DNA of 64,000 nt from Archaeoglobus sp. JdFR-37 (GTDB taxonomy: Archaea > Halobacteriota > Archaeoglobi > Archaeoglobales > Archaeoglobaceae). The stretch covers positions 1 to 64,000 of the forward strand of contig MTMY01000004.1 of NCBI GenBank assembly GCA_002010215.1. The letters run 5' to 3'. The translations under genes and the position numbers were made by a program. Position 1 is the first letter of the stretch. Each line of letters begins with the position of its first letter. Below are positions 1 to 9,550 of this stretch, in pieces. Below the pieces are notes generated by a model. That model ran no database searches and had not been told where the DNA came from. It saw only the letters and a program-made list of their open reading frames with translations.

Positions 1-342
1 GTGGAAGCCGTTGTTTATGGCTTCGATGAGGTCTTTGAGGTGTTTGAGGTCCATGGAGAGGTCTGCGTCGAGGTAGGTGACGATGGGGTGGGAGGCTGCT
101 TTTATTCCCTCCTCGATTGCTCTCCCTTTTCCCAGCCTTTCGGGGAAGTGAAGGTGCTTAACTTCGGGATGGATTTCCGAGAGTGAGGCTGCTATCTCAA
201 AAGTTCCATCTGTTGAGCCATCTTCCACAATTATTATCTCGTAACCGTAATTGAGTCTTTCAAGCTCCTCCTTAAGTTTTCTGACCGCTGTTTCAAGCTT
301 ATCTGCCTCGTTATGGGCTGGAAGGACTACGCTAACATTCAC
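1..342 (-). CDS. GT2 family glycosyltransferase (dolichyl-phosphate hexosyltransferase-like), N-terminal part; runs off window start
   Basis: Manual translation from GTG at 342: MNVSVVLPAHNEADKLE...IIIVEDGSTDGT...RLGKGEAIEEG...TYLDADLS (GT-A motifs, DxD). Not in the ORF track. Confidence 0.9.
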   Translation of the reverse strand, partial: MNVSVVLPAHNEADKLETAVRKLKEELERLNYGYEIIIVEDGSTDGTFEIAASLSEIHPEVKHLHFPERLGKGRAIEEGIKAASHPIVTYLDADLSMDLKHLKDLIEAINNGFH

Positions 343-544
343 CGCTTAAAGGAAAATAAATAGAGTATTTAAAGGTCTTGATTGGTGTTCCTAATTGGAG
401 TCGTTAGAGTCGTTAGGACTGGGCAAGCGAGGTTATTAATCTACCAACTCTACAATCTAAGTAAGTCCAGACTTACAAGTTCAAATCCAAATAGCGTACT
501 TTGGCAGAGGATAAGCTAAATTCTTTAACTTACATCCCCAAACT

Positions 545-1516
545 TCAATATTTAACTTCAAAAAGCTGAATGCTACTTTTTCCAACAGATATGTATGCAT
601 TTGCAGACTCTGGAGACTCCCTCACATGACTTTTTACCAGCATTATTCTCCTCTTCAGCTCCCAGTAATCCGGTATTGTGAGCGACTCCTTGTAAAAATT
701 CAGGTAAATGAGCTCTGCCAAGTTTGAATCGCAGGTAAGAGGTATCGCAACACAGGGGGTAGTGGCTCTGGCATTTATCTCGATAATATATGGTTGTTCA
801 TCTGACAGAACAACATCCACCCCCACATAGCCGAAAAGGCCTTTTATACACTCTACAGCTCTCACAGCCTCTTCAGCCACAGTTTTCATAGCATCTTGAG
901 CTATTCCGGCAGGAACAATGGCCCCTGTATACCTGAAATCCTCCAGTATCTGCTGATTAACGCTGAGAACATGAATGTCGTCGCCTACAATCAGGCTCAC
1001 ACTCAGATGCTGGCCATTAACGTACCTCTGGGCTATAAACCCGTCCTCAACATCTCCACCAAACCTTATATTCTCCCCACCACAAGAAACCCGAGGTTTA
1101 ACGATGTATTCTCCATCAAGGGGATTCTTTGATGTTTCGGGAACCATCACTTTCCCCTTTAATTCCTTGTACATTCTCCACTTGTCCATGGTAACTTCTA
1201 TGGCCTTGGAGGAGCTTCCTAGGTTTTTCGAGGCTTTTTCAGCTTTCTGAGTGAGATCGTGAAGTAATCTATCGTCTTCAGGAGCTATGATTAGACTGTA
1301 ATCGCACTTCTCTACATATTCAGCAAAGTCTTGGTTCCAGTCATTTGAGGGGTCGAAAGAGAATAGATGAACGTATTTCCGATTAAGAAAAGAGTTAACT
1401 TCCGTGAATTGGATAAAACCGCTATACAAGCTTTTAAACATTGCAAGACCTTCTACAGCTATGTGCTCAGGCAAATCCTCAGCGCATGTGGCAAATTCAA
1501 ACAAAAAGACGCTCAT
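545..1516 (-). CDS. mfnD: ATP-grasp protein, probable tyramine--L-glutamate ligase (methanofuran biosynthesis)
   Basis: N-terminal FEFA...EGLAM, IIAPEDD, DKW, KPRVSCGG and GYVGVDVV...IIEINAR ATP-grasp motifs typical of the MfnD family. Confidence 0.7.
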   Translation of the reverse strand: MSVFLFEFATCAEDLPEHIAVEGLAMFKSLYSGFIQFTEVNSFLNRKYVHLFSFDPSNDWNQDFAEYVEKCDYSLIIAPEDDRLLHDLTQKAEKASKNLGSSSKAIEVTMDKWRMYKELKGKVMVPETSKNPLDGEYIVKPRVSCGGENIRFGGDVEDGFIAQRYVNGQHLSVSLIVGDDIHVLSVNQQILEDFRYTGAIVPAGIAQDAMKTVAEEAVRAVECIKGLFGYVGVDVVLSDEQPYIIEINARATTPCVAIPLTCDSNLAELIYLNFYKESLTIPDYWELKRRIMLVKSHVRESPESANAYISVGKSSIQLFEVKY

Positions 1517-1543
1517 TTTAGTCAGTATTCAATATTCCATAAA

Positions 1544-2116
1544 TTAAAGATATATCTCATCTTTCTCCTCCTCAAACTGCTCATCAAGCCGTTCCTCGTA
1601 AACAACGTCTTCATTCAGAATTATCGCTATATCCGCGGAGTTCTTGAGTGCCGCAGAAAAACCTGGCTCTACACCTATGATTATCGTCTCCTTTCCCATT
1701 TCCATGGCTTTTTTGAGCACTGCCTTGAAATCGGCATCTCTGGTAACCAGAGCAATGGCATCAAGGGAGTCGTTATAGATCATCTCCATGGCTTCAACAG
1801 CCATTCTTACATCTACATCACCGCTGGTAATGACTGGCTCGAAACCTTGGTTTTCTATTGCCTCCACAAGCTTCTCACTGGCATACTGGTTCAGAAACAC
1901 CTTGGCTATCTTAACATCCCCGTATTCGGAAAGTATCTCCCTGATCTCGTGCAAGTTGATGTTGAACTCCTTTCTCAGCATGTTTGGGCCATCTACTAGA
2001 ACGCCTACCTTCTTTCTTTCAGATGATTTCCTTACTGAAAGATATCGTTTTATGCGTTGAATACGTGATAAAGCAGTCTCTTTTTTGAGAGCCATAACAT
2101 CCCCCGTAATCATCAA
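1544..2116 (-). CDS. NYN domain protein (TIGR00288 family)
   Basis: VDGPNMLRKEF, GDVDVRMAVEAM, TRDADF motifs. Confidence 0.9.
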   Translation of the reverse strand: MMITGDVMALKKETALSRIQRIKRYLSVRKSSERKKVGVLVDGPNMLRKEFNINLHEIREILSEYGDVKIAKVFLNQYASEKLVEAIENQGFEPVITSGDVDVRMAVEAMEMIYNDSLDAIALVTRDADFKAVLKKAMEMGKETIIIGVEPGFSAALKNSADIAIILNEDVVYEERLDEQFEEEKDEIYL

Positions 2117-2119
2117 TAC

Positions 2120-2863
2120 TCAGAGCTCAAGTTTAAAAATCTTTTGAGTATTTTCCAAAATAACAGAACTCAATTCTTCCTCCTCTATCCCTTGCAAATC
2201 CGATACCACCCTTAAGGCTTCAATAACGTAGGTTGGTTCGTTCCTCCCCCTGAAAGGGCTGAGAAATGGGCTGTCAGTTTCCAGCAACAATTTATCTAAA
2301 TCAACTCTTTTTGCAAGCTCCTTATGCTTCCCTGAGAAACAGATCAGAGTGGATAGGGAAATGTAGTATCCTGTGTCTTCTATGGCCTTCATAAGTCTTG
2401 AATTTCCGCTGTAACAGTGAAAAACAGCCTCTATGTCTCTTCCTGAAATCATCCTGAACGCGTCCTCTTCAGCACCCCTAGCATGAATAATTAGGGGTTT
2501 TTGGAGTTCCTCTGCCAGGGAAATGAAGAGCTCAAAGACCTCCTTTTGTTTGCTCAGCGGAATGCTGTTTTTGACTACATCAAGGCCTACTTCTCCCACT
2601 CCTACAACCAGCTTCTCATTTTCCCTTATCTGCTCAATCACATGCTCCACGCTGCTTTTTCCGATTCTGTTGGGGCTGAAGCCAAGGGTTGGAAAAACGT
2701 AATCGCTGGCTATCTGCAAGGTTCGATAGTTGGAATAGTAGTCATAGCCAGAATTAACCACTGCTATAACTCCTGCTGCCTTTGCCCTCCTTATGACTTC
2801 CTCCCTGTCGTTTTTGAAGTTCTCGAAATCCAGATGACAGTGTGCATCAATTATCTCGATCAT
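2120..2863 (-). CDS. TatD family hydrolase/DNase
   Basis: DAHCHLD, GEVGLD, IIHAR, FHCYSG, LETDSPF. Confidence 0.92.
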   Translation of the reverse strand: MIEIIDAHCHLDFENFKNDREEVIRRAKAAGVIAVVNSGYDYYSNYRTLQIASDYVFPTLGFSPNRIGKSSVEHVIEQIRENEKLVVGVGEVGLDVVKNSIPLSKQKEVFELFISLAEELQKPLIIHARGAEEDAFRMISGRDIEAVFHCYSGNSRLMKAIEDTGYYISLSTLICFSGKHKELAKRVDLDKLLLETDSPFLSPFRGRNEPTYVIEALRVVSDLQGIEEEELSSVILENTQKIFKLEL

Positions 2864-2918
2864 TCTGTATCATCCACTTTGCCCATTCGTTTTGCCCATT
2901 TTGTCCATTCTACCCAGT

Positions 2919-4421
2919 TTAGTCATTCTGTCTCATCTTCCTCCTCATGAGGTAGTTGACAGCATTGATGACAGCATCAATTGATGCCATAACAATATCC
3001 GTTCCCGCACCTCTTGAAGTGAAGTTCTTGCCATCTTCATCCTCTATCGTGACGTAAACCTCAGCTATCGCATCGCTCCCACCCGTTATCGCATCCATCT
3101 TGAACTCTGTGATCTTTATCTTCCTGCCGACGAGCTCGGTTACCGCTTTCAAGCTCGCATCCACAGGCCCAACACCGATGGCAGAGGTAACTTTCTTCTC
3201 GCCAAAAACATCAGCGTTGATTACGGCTGTTGGAGTGATTTTATTGCCGGTAATGACGGTTATCTCGTCAACGTTTATCACCCTCTCCTCCTTCTTCACT
3301 TCGCCCATTATGACTTCGGCAATTGTGAAGAGATCAAGGTCGGTGACTTTCTTTCCTCTATCTCCCATATCCTTTACTCTCTCAAAGATCTTTGTGAGCA
3401 TGTCTTCATCAACTTCATAGCCAGCATCTTCCAGAATCTTCTGTATCTGGTGTCTGCCTGCATGCTTACCGAGTACTATCCTCCTCCTGTGCCCCACCAT
3501 CTCGGGCGTCATGACTCCGGGCTCGAATGTTGAAGCTTCCCTTATAACGCCATGAGCATGAATTCCGCTTTCATGGCTGAAGGCATTCTCACCAATTATG
3601 GGCGTGTTGGGCGGCATTTTAATACCTGAAAGCCTCTCCACAAGCTTTGAAGTCTCTACAAGATACTCGGTTTTGATGTTTGTTCTAACATTCTCGATGG
3701 CGTGGAGTATCATTACCACCTGTTCTAGGCTTGCATTACCTGCCCTCTCACCGATTCCGTTTACAGTCACTTGAGCCTGATTAGCGCCAGCAATAACAGC
3801 AGCATAGGTATTAGCTACAGCTAAACCAAAATCATTGTGGCAGTGAACATCTATTGGGACGCTGAGGTGCTCTCTCAGCTGTTTTATCAGCTCATACATC
3901 TTGAAAGGTGTGGCGACGCCAACAGTGTCGGGAACATTTACTATATCCACTCCCGCCTCCTCAACGGCCTTGTAGATCTGCTTGAGATACTCCACTTCTG
4001 TACGTGTCGCATCCATGGCGGAAAACATGCATTCTGCTCCGTGAGACTTGATATACTCAACTGCCTCAACAGAGAGCTGGATAATCTCATCACGGCTTTT
4101 CTGAATTGTGTGCTCTATCTGAATTTTGGAAGTTGAGATGAAGATGTGAACCATGTCAACATCAGCTTTTAAAGCTGCATCAATATCTTCTTTCACAATT
4201 CTGGCCAAACCGGCGATTTTTGAGTTCAGACCGAGGTTTGAAATTTCTTTAACAGCCTCAAATTCTCCTTTCGTTGCCGCAGGGAATCCGGCTTCGATTA
4301 CATCCACTCCCAGCTTGTCCAGCTGTCTGGCTATCTGGATTTTGTAGCTTAGGGGGAAGCTTATGCCTGGTGTTTGCTCGCCGTCTCTGAGAGTGGTGTC
4401 GAAAATGGTAACTGTTTTCAT
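2919..4421 (-). CDS. leuA: 2-isopropylmalate synthase (LeuA/CimA family)
   Basis: DTTLRDGEQ, HCHND, GIGERAGN, HESGIH and a C-terminal regulatory domain (GVGPVDA). Confidence 0.85.
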   Translation of the reverse strand: MKTVTIFDTTLRDGEQTPGISFPLSYKIQIARQLDKLGVDVIEAGFPAATKGEFEAVKEISNLGLNSKIAGLARIVKEDIDAALKADVDMVHIFISTSKIQIEHTIQKSRDEIIQLSVEAVEYIKSHGAECMFSAMDATRTEVEYLKQIYKAVEEAGVDIVNVPDTVGVATPFKMYELIKQLREHLSVPIDVHCHNDFGLAVANTYAAVIAGANQAQVTVNGIGERAGNASLEQVVMILHAIENVRTNIKTEYLVETSKLVERLSGIKMPPNTPIIGENAFSHESGIHAHGVIREASTFEPGVMTPEMVGHRRRIVLGKHAGRHQIQKILEDAGYEVDEDMLTKIFERVKDMGDRGKKVTDLDLFTIAEVIMGEVKKEERVINVDEITVITGNKITPTAVINADVFGEKKVTSAIGVGPVDASLKAVTELVGRKIKITEFKMDAITGGSDAIAEVYVTIEDEDGKNFTSRGAGTDIVMASIDAVINAVNYLMRRKMRQND

Positions 4422-4494
4422 GGTGGCATGTTGCTGAAGCTCAAAATATAAAGTTATGGTTGAACATGTTGAGCAGATTGATCAGGCTATACAG

Positions 4495-5376
4495 TCAATC
4501 TGCTGAACCTGTTGAATCTGTGGAGACTGCTGAAAAGCGACCATTTACTTCATTCACAAGCCCCTTTCGTTTCAGCATCAATAAGTGTTTTTCGATCATT
4601 CTGCTCTCCCAGTAGTCCATCAGCTCCTTCGCAAAGGGCTTCTTTATATAGATAGGTGAAACATCCACAAGCTCTTCCAAGCTTTTTGGCTCTGAAAGCA
4701 GCTGTAAAATTGTCTTGTTTCGCTCCTCCACTATCTTTGCATACCTCTCCAGACTCTCAACAATTCTTTCTCTGCCAAAAACAGGTTCCATATGTCCAGA
4801 TACAAAAATCTCAGCGTCGAGTTCAGATAATCTATGCATAGATTTTACCAGCGCTTCCAGATCGCTTTCTTCATGCCCGTACCACGGGCCGAAGGGTGTT
4901 AGGTCAATGTCAGAACCAAAGAGTATTCTGCCATCAATGAGGAAAGCATGCATATCTGCAGTATGACCTGGAATATGTATGGCTTCAACCTCTGGCTTTT
5001 TCAAGATTATCTCGCCATCCTTGTAAGGCTGAGAGGCGAAATCCCTCAAACCCATTGTTTTCGTGACGAACTCAATCCAGATAGAGCCCAGTTTTTCCCC
5101 AACAAATCTGAGAGCTAAGGATTTGAGGGTGGTTTCAAAACCTTTAGGAGAAAATACATCCTTCCCCAGCTCATTGAAAATCCAGCACCCAGCAGCGTGG
5201 TCGGGATGAGTATGAGAGACTGCTACAGCATCTACTCTGGCACTAAGCTCTTTAACAATCTCTATACCACAACCAGCATCAATAAGAAGCTTGTCAGCTA
5301 TAACGAGAGAGTTCGAGAAGGGGAATTTACCACCATTCCTGCCAGTGATGAACCTTACACCATCGGCGAGTTTCAT
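4495..5376 (-). CDS. MBL-fold metallo-hydrolase with C-terminal winged-helix-like tail
   Basis: SHTHPDH, PGHT, SGH motifs; ATG at 5376 preferred as start. Confidence 0.85.
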   Translation of the reverse strand: MKLADGVRFITGRNGGKFPFSNSLVIADKLLIDAGCGIEIVKELSARVDAVAVSHTHPDHAAGCWIFNELGKDVFSPKGFETTLKSLALRFVGEKLGSIWIEFVTKTMGLRDFASQPYKDGEIILKKPEVEAIHIPGHTADMHAFLIDGRILFGSDIDLTPFGPWYGHEESDLEALVKSMHRLSELDAEIFVSGHMEPVFGRERIVESLERYAKIVEERNKTILQLLSEPKSLEELVDVSPIYIKKPFAKELMDYWESRMIEKHLLMLKRKGLVNEVNGRFSAVSTDSTGSAD

Positions 5377-5508
5377 TGGTGGGGAGAACAAGAGAAGGAT
5401 TTAAAAATTTCCGGGTTAGATTTGAGAGAAGTCCGAATCGCTGAGCTGGTAATCGCATATTCCTGTTCTTTTTAAGCCCTCTAACATTGATCTCATCGCT
5501 TTTACCTC

Positions 5509-5545
5509 TTTATCTCACCCAGTCCCTCCTCCGTCCCTAATGCTT
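5509..5545. repeat. 37-bp direct repeat, copy 1 (upstream of tRNA-Gly)
   Basis: tttatctcacccagtccctcctccgtccctaatgctt; 36/37 identical to 5842-5878. Confidence 0.9.
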
Positions 5546-5668
5546 ATAAATACTCACCATTGTGGTTTAATAACTGACAATCTCTGAAAACCAACTCAAA
5601 TTATGTCCCGGAAATAACTGACTATATGAGGGAAAGAATAATAAATCAGTAACCCAACCATTTATTGA

Positions 5669-5739
5669 GCGGTCGTAGTCTAGTGGCAGGACAACGGCCT
5701 CCCGAGCCGTTAGCCCGGGTTCAAATCCCGGCGGCCGCA
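5669..5739 (+). tRNA. tRNA-Gly(CCC)
   Basis: Cloverleaf: acceptor GCGGTCG/CGGCCGC, anticodon arm ACGGC-CTCCCGA-GCCGT, T arm CCGGG-TTCAAAT-CCCGG; no intron; CCA not encoded. Confidence 0.97.
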
Positions 5740-5841
5740 CTTTGAATTTTTGAATTATGCCAATTTTAATTTGAGCACATTCGTTTGTTAGTTATACTGT
5801 CTGTATCTCCCGCAATTTTGTTGAATCATCTCCAAACTAAT

Positions 5842-5878
5842 TTTATCTCACCCAGCCCCTCCTCCGTCCCTAATGCTT
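5842..5878. repeat. 37-bp direct repeat, copy 2 (downstream of tRNA-Gly)
   Basis: tttatctcacccagcccctcctccgtccctaatgctt. Confidence 0.9.
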
Positions 5879-6046
5879 CATTTTTACTATCTATTGATAA
5901 TACCGCTGATTTGAGGCATTTGAGGTCTTGAGATAGATGAACAAGCCTAACAACCATTAGAATCAACTATGACTTTTTAGTCCACTTTCAAAGGCGTCAC
6001 TTTAAGCGCCAAACTAACCAGTTATCCAACCTATAATACCCAAAAG

Positions 6047-6862
6047 TCAACCAAAAGCCACATCCAGCACCATCATAACCGTAAAACCAATCATTGCAGC
6101 CATCGTGGCGATATCTGTGTTACCTCCCCTCTGGGACTCTGGCACCACTTCTTCCACCACAACAAAAATCATTGCTCCAGCTGCAAAAGCGAGAGCATAT
6201 GGCAGTATAGGCTGAAACAGAAATGTTGCTGCTGCTCCCGTTACTCCTGCCACAATTTCTGCAATCCCTGAAAGCTGGCCGTACCAGAAGCTCTTAAGCT
6301 GTGAAAAACCTTCTCTGCGGAGAGGCATCGCTACAGCCATCCCCTCGGGGAAATTCTGTATTCCTACCCCCACTGCCAGGGTTATCGCTCCAACAAGTGT
6401 GGCTGAAGGGTAATCTGCGGCAGCAGCACCGAATGCAACCCCAATAGCAAGGCCTTCAGGTATATTGTGAAGCGTCACCGCCAGAACCAGAAGAGTTGTT
6501 CGTCGCCACGATGTTTTGACACCTTCAGCTTCCTCCACCGGAAAGTTGAGATGAAGGTGTGGGAGAATTCTGTCAACTATTCGTAGAAAAATACCACCAA
6601 GAATAAACCCAGAGGCCGCCGGAAACCAAGTCGGAATATCCATGCTGGATGCCATCTCTATAGAAGGTACCAGAAGACTCCAGAAACTTGCGGCTATCAT
6701 CACCCCGGCAGCAAATCCAAGCATACCATCTAGCACCTTTTTGTTCACATCCTTTGCAGCAAAGACTACAGAAGCTCCAGCAGCAGTAACTGCCCAGGTA
6801 AAAAATGTTGCAAGGAGGGCTTGAAGGACAGGGTGAGCTGAATAGTAATCCGCCAAATCCAT
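6047..6862 (-). CDS. ZIP family (GufA-like) divalent metal transporter
   Basis: GFAAGVMIAASFWSLL, HNIPEGLAIGV, QNFPEGMAV; multiple TM helices. Start may be at 6883. Confidence 0.93.
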   Translation of the reverse strand: MDLADYYSAHPVLQALLATFFTWAVTAAGASVVFAAKDVNKKVLDGMLGFAAGVMIAASFWSLLVPSIEMASSMDIPTWFPAASGFILGGIFLRIVDRILPHLHLNFPVEEAEGVKTSWRRTTLLVLAVTLHNIPEGLAIGVAFGAAAADYPSATLVGAITLAVGVGIQNFPEGMAVAMPLRREGFSQLKSFWYGQLSGIAEIVAGVTGAAATFLFQPILPYALAFAAGAMIFVVVEEVVPESQRGGNTDIATMAAMIGFTVMMVLDVAFG

Positions 6863-6973
6863 GCTGCTTTCAAAGATTTCCAACCCTTAAAGATTTTCCA
6901 CATCTTTGACATTTCCACAATTCCCCTTAGGCACCTCAGGTAAAGTTTTATGGCTGAACTATGACCTTCAAAA

Positions 6974-7941
6974 ATGAAGAAGATCGTAGCAAGAGTAAGA
7001 GAGGGGAACTTGCCAGAGATTTCAAAACTTGCAGAAGAGATCTCTCACCCATCTTATGTTGACTATGAAGGCAGATTCATGACAATTTACGTTCCAGATG
7101 CAGAAATCGACCCTGTTCTGGAAAACTCCTCTCTGCCATAGATTTGAGGTATAAGGAAAACATTATAGAGGTTTCATCTCCAGACTTCGTAATCTCCTCA
7201 TCACTGAAAAGAATGGAGAAGAAGAGTGATGGTAATAAAAAGACCCCGGTGGAAGAGCTTATTTCATCCACAAAGCAATATTCAAGTCTGGATTTTAGCA
7301 AGGTTGCTCTTACGTCAATAGCCGGGCTAATTGCTCTCACAGGCCTTTTCATGAACAATTTGGCAATCGTCATTGGGGCGATGCTTCTCTCACCTCTTCT
7401 CGGCCCAATCTACAGCTTTGCCATTAACATAGCAGTGGGAAAACTTGAAGATGCCGTTAAAAGCGCTGGAATCCTCTCCATCCTCCTTTTCTCAGCCTTC
7501 ATACTCTCATTCATCTCCACATTCATGGCAAATAACGTTTCAGAGATTCCTATAACATACGAGGTCAGTTCAAGAGCCGAAATGACTCTGATATACATAC
7601 CCATGGCAATTCTGCTGGGATTTGCCTCAGTCTTGGCTCTGACAAAGGGCATCCCTGAAGGTTTGGCAGGCGTTGCCATTGCAGCAGCATTGCTCCCCCC
7701 AGTTGTTGTGGCAGGAATCTTGTTTGTTGTGTTGCCGCATAAAGCCATCATACCAGCAATAATAACCTTGCAGAACGTAATGGGAATGATGGCCGGCTCG
7801 CTGATGGCGGTGATTGTACTGGATGTCGGCCCCAGAAAGTACTATGAGAAAGCGGTGGCGAGGAAATACATCAGAAGGGTGCTGTTTGCCCTCTCACTCC
7901 TCTTAATTCTGATTTCAGCTATCTCTTTTCTTTTTCCATAG
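6974..7941 (+). pseudogene. TIGR00341/DUF389 membrane protein, frameshifted near 7122-7125 (pseudogene or sequencing error)
   Basis: Frame from ATG 6974 (MKKIVARVRE...IYVPDAEIDPVLE) stops at 7141. The -1 frame continues KLLSAIDLRYKEN into ORF 7144-7941 (IGAMLLSPLLGP, GVAIAAALLPP). Confidence 0.8.
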
Positions 7942-7970
7942 TTTTTATGGGTTTAGCAGTTAGCTGTAAT

Positions 7971-8714
7971 CTAAACTTTGAAAAATTTCTTTGCATTCTC
8001 CATTCCCGCTTTTTCCGCCACCTCTCTACCTAGTTTTTCTGCTATCAGGTTTCCCGCCTTCGCAACTGCATCCATTTCAGACTCGCTGAAACCGGCGTCG
8101 CTGTTCAGCATGAGTCTTTCAGGACCGTATTCCTCCACAATTGCCAGTGCTTCCGAAGGAGTTAGTTTCCCAGGTTGAACGCTCAGCCCACCATAGTATC
8201 CATGCTTAAGCACATCTTCAGCTGTCGAGGGTGAGAGGTGGTCTATGACTGCTAGCTCCTCAGGAAATGAAATTCTTTCGAGAATCTGTAAAGTCTTTTC
8301 GGTGATAATCTCCTTGTTATTCCGGGGAGTATGAATTATACATGGTAGATCGTTTTCTTTCGCTATCCTGAGCTGGGCTTTGAATACCTTAACCTCTGCT
8401 TCTCCTCCCTCTTCAAGTCCTATCTCCCCCACAGCCACCCCCCTAGTTATCGCTGGCAGCACCACCTCGTATTTAGGTGGTATACAGCGGGGATGGACAC
8501 CAAGAGCAGGAAATATACTCATCCCAGCCTTTTCACCTCTTTTCACTTCAAAGATTTCCAGCTTTCTGAAAAGATCAAGAAGAGTCTCAGGATGTTCAGG
8601 AGGGATCGGATAGAAAGCACAGGTGACTGCAAATTCTATGCCTGCATCTGCCATCCTTTTCAGATCCTCTACACTTCTGCCCTCGCTGTGGATGTGAGTA
8701 TCGAACCACTTCAT
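7971..8714 (-). CDS. TatD-like amidohydrolase (archaeal subfamily)
   Basis: DTHIH, GVHPRCIP, GEIGLE, IIHTPR, IDH, LNSD. Confidence 0.88.
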   Translation of the reverse strand: MKWFDTHIHSEGRSVEDLKRMADAGIEFAVTCAFYPIPPEHPETLLDLFRKLEIFEVKRGEKAGMSIFPALGVHPRCIPPKYEVVLPAITRGVAVGEIGLEEGGEAEVKVFKAQLRIAKENDLPCIIHTPRNNKEIITEKTLQILERISFPEELAVIDHLSPSTAEDVLKHGYYGGLSVQPGKLTPSEALAIVEEYGPERLMLNSDAGFSESEMDAVAKAGNLIAEKLGREVAEKAGMENAKKFFKV

Positions 8715-8817
8715 AAAGCCAGAAAGTGCTTCTCCATAATAAAATTGCCGGACGAATCCTTTCCGAGCAATAGTGTAAATGTAAACTTAAAAATAGTAGC
8801 CAGTACCGCAAGGTTTT

Positions 8818-9438
8818 ATGGAACTATTTCCCGGAATTCACGCATACATCTGGGGACCAGCTTTCAGCGACTCGTCCAATACCTACATTATCCGAGACTC
8901 TGAATGCCTGATAATTGATCCTGGAAGCTACAAGAGCTTTACAAACCTTTTCGGACTCATGAAAAACGATGGAATTGAGGTTTCCGATATCGACTTGATC
9001 TTGAATACTCATCTCCACAAGGATCACTGCGAGAGTAACATCATGTTCATGAGGCGGGGAGCCCTTCTCACATTCCACGAAGACGAAGCAAAGACGAGTC
9101 AGTTCTCTTACAAAGCAGACAGAAAGCTTGAGAAAACGTTATCACTGGGCAAGGGAGAAGTAGAGATCGTTCACCTTCCCGGTCATACACCTGGAAGCGT
9201 GGCAGTATTCATTGCAGAGTATTCAGCCCTTATAACCGGCGACCTCATTTTTGAAACAGGCATGCCAGGCAGAGTTGACATGTATGGAGGTGACGCTGAA
9301 GAGATGATAAGGTCTCTGGAGAAGGCGAGAAGTTTTGACGTAAACTACATATTACCCGGTCATGGAAGAATACTTGAAGGCAGAAAAGGGATATCTGCTC
9401 TTTTCGATAAAGCTATTCATATTCTCTCGAGATATTAA
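8818..9438 (+). CDS. MBL-fold metallo-hydrolase (glyoxalase II-like)
   Basis: THLHKDH, PGHTPGS, TGD, PGHG. Confidence 0.9.
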   Translation: MELFPGIHAYIWGPAFSDSSNTYIIRDSECLIIDPGSYKSFTNLFGLMKNDGIEVSDIDLILNTHLHKDHCESNIMFMRRGALLTFHEDEAKTSQFSYKADRKLEKTLSLGKGEVEIVHLPGHTPGSVAVFIAEYSALITGDLIFETGMPGRVDMYGGDAEEMIRSLEKARSFDVNYILPGHGRILEGRKGISALFDKAIHILSRY

Positions 9439-9550
9439 TATTTCCAATAAATTAATTTTTGAGAAGTGAGTATCTTTATAATAATAAGATTGCAGAAATA
9501 ACTTTCATTGTAGCCAGAAAGCTTATCTTAATCCACCACTTTCAACTATC

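Noticed and set aside
1..186. 61-aa plus-strand ORF
   Set aside because: It is antisense to the clear GT2 glycosyltransferase frame
5509..5878. CRISPR array interpretation of the 37-bp repeat
   Set aside because: Only two copies, separated by about 296 bp containing a tRNA; no palindrome and no cas genes
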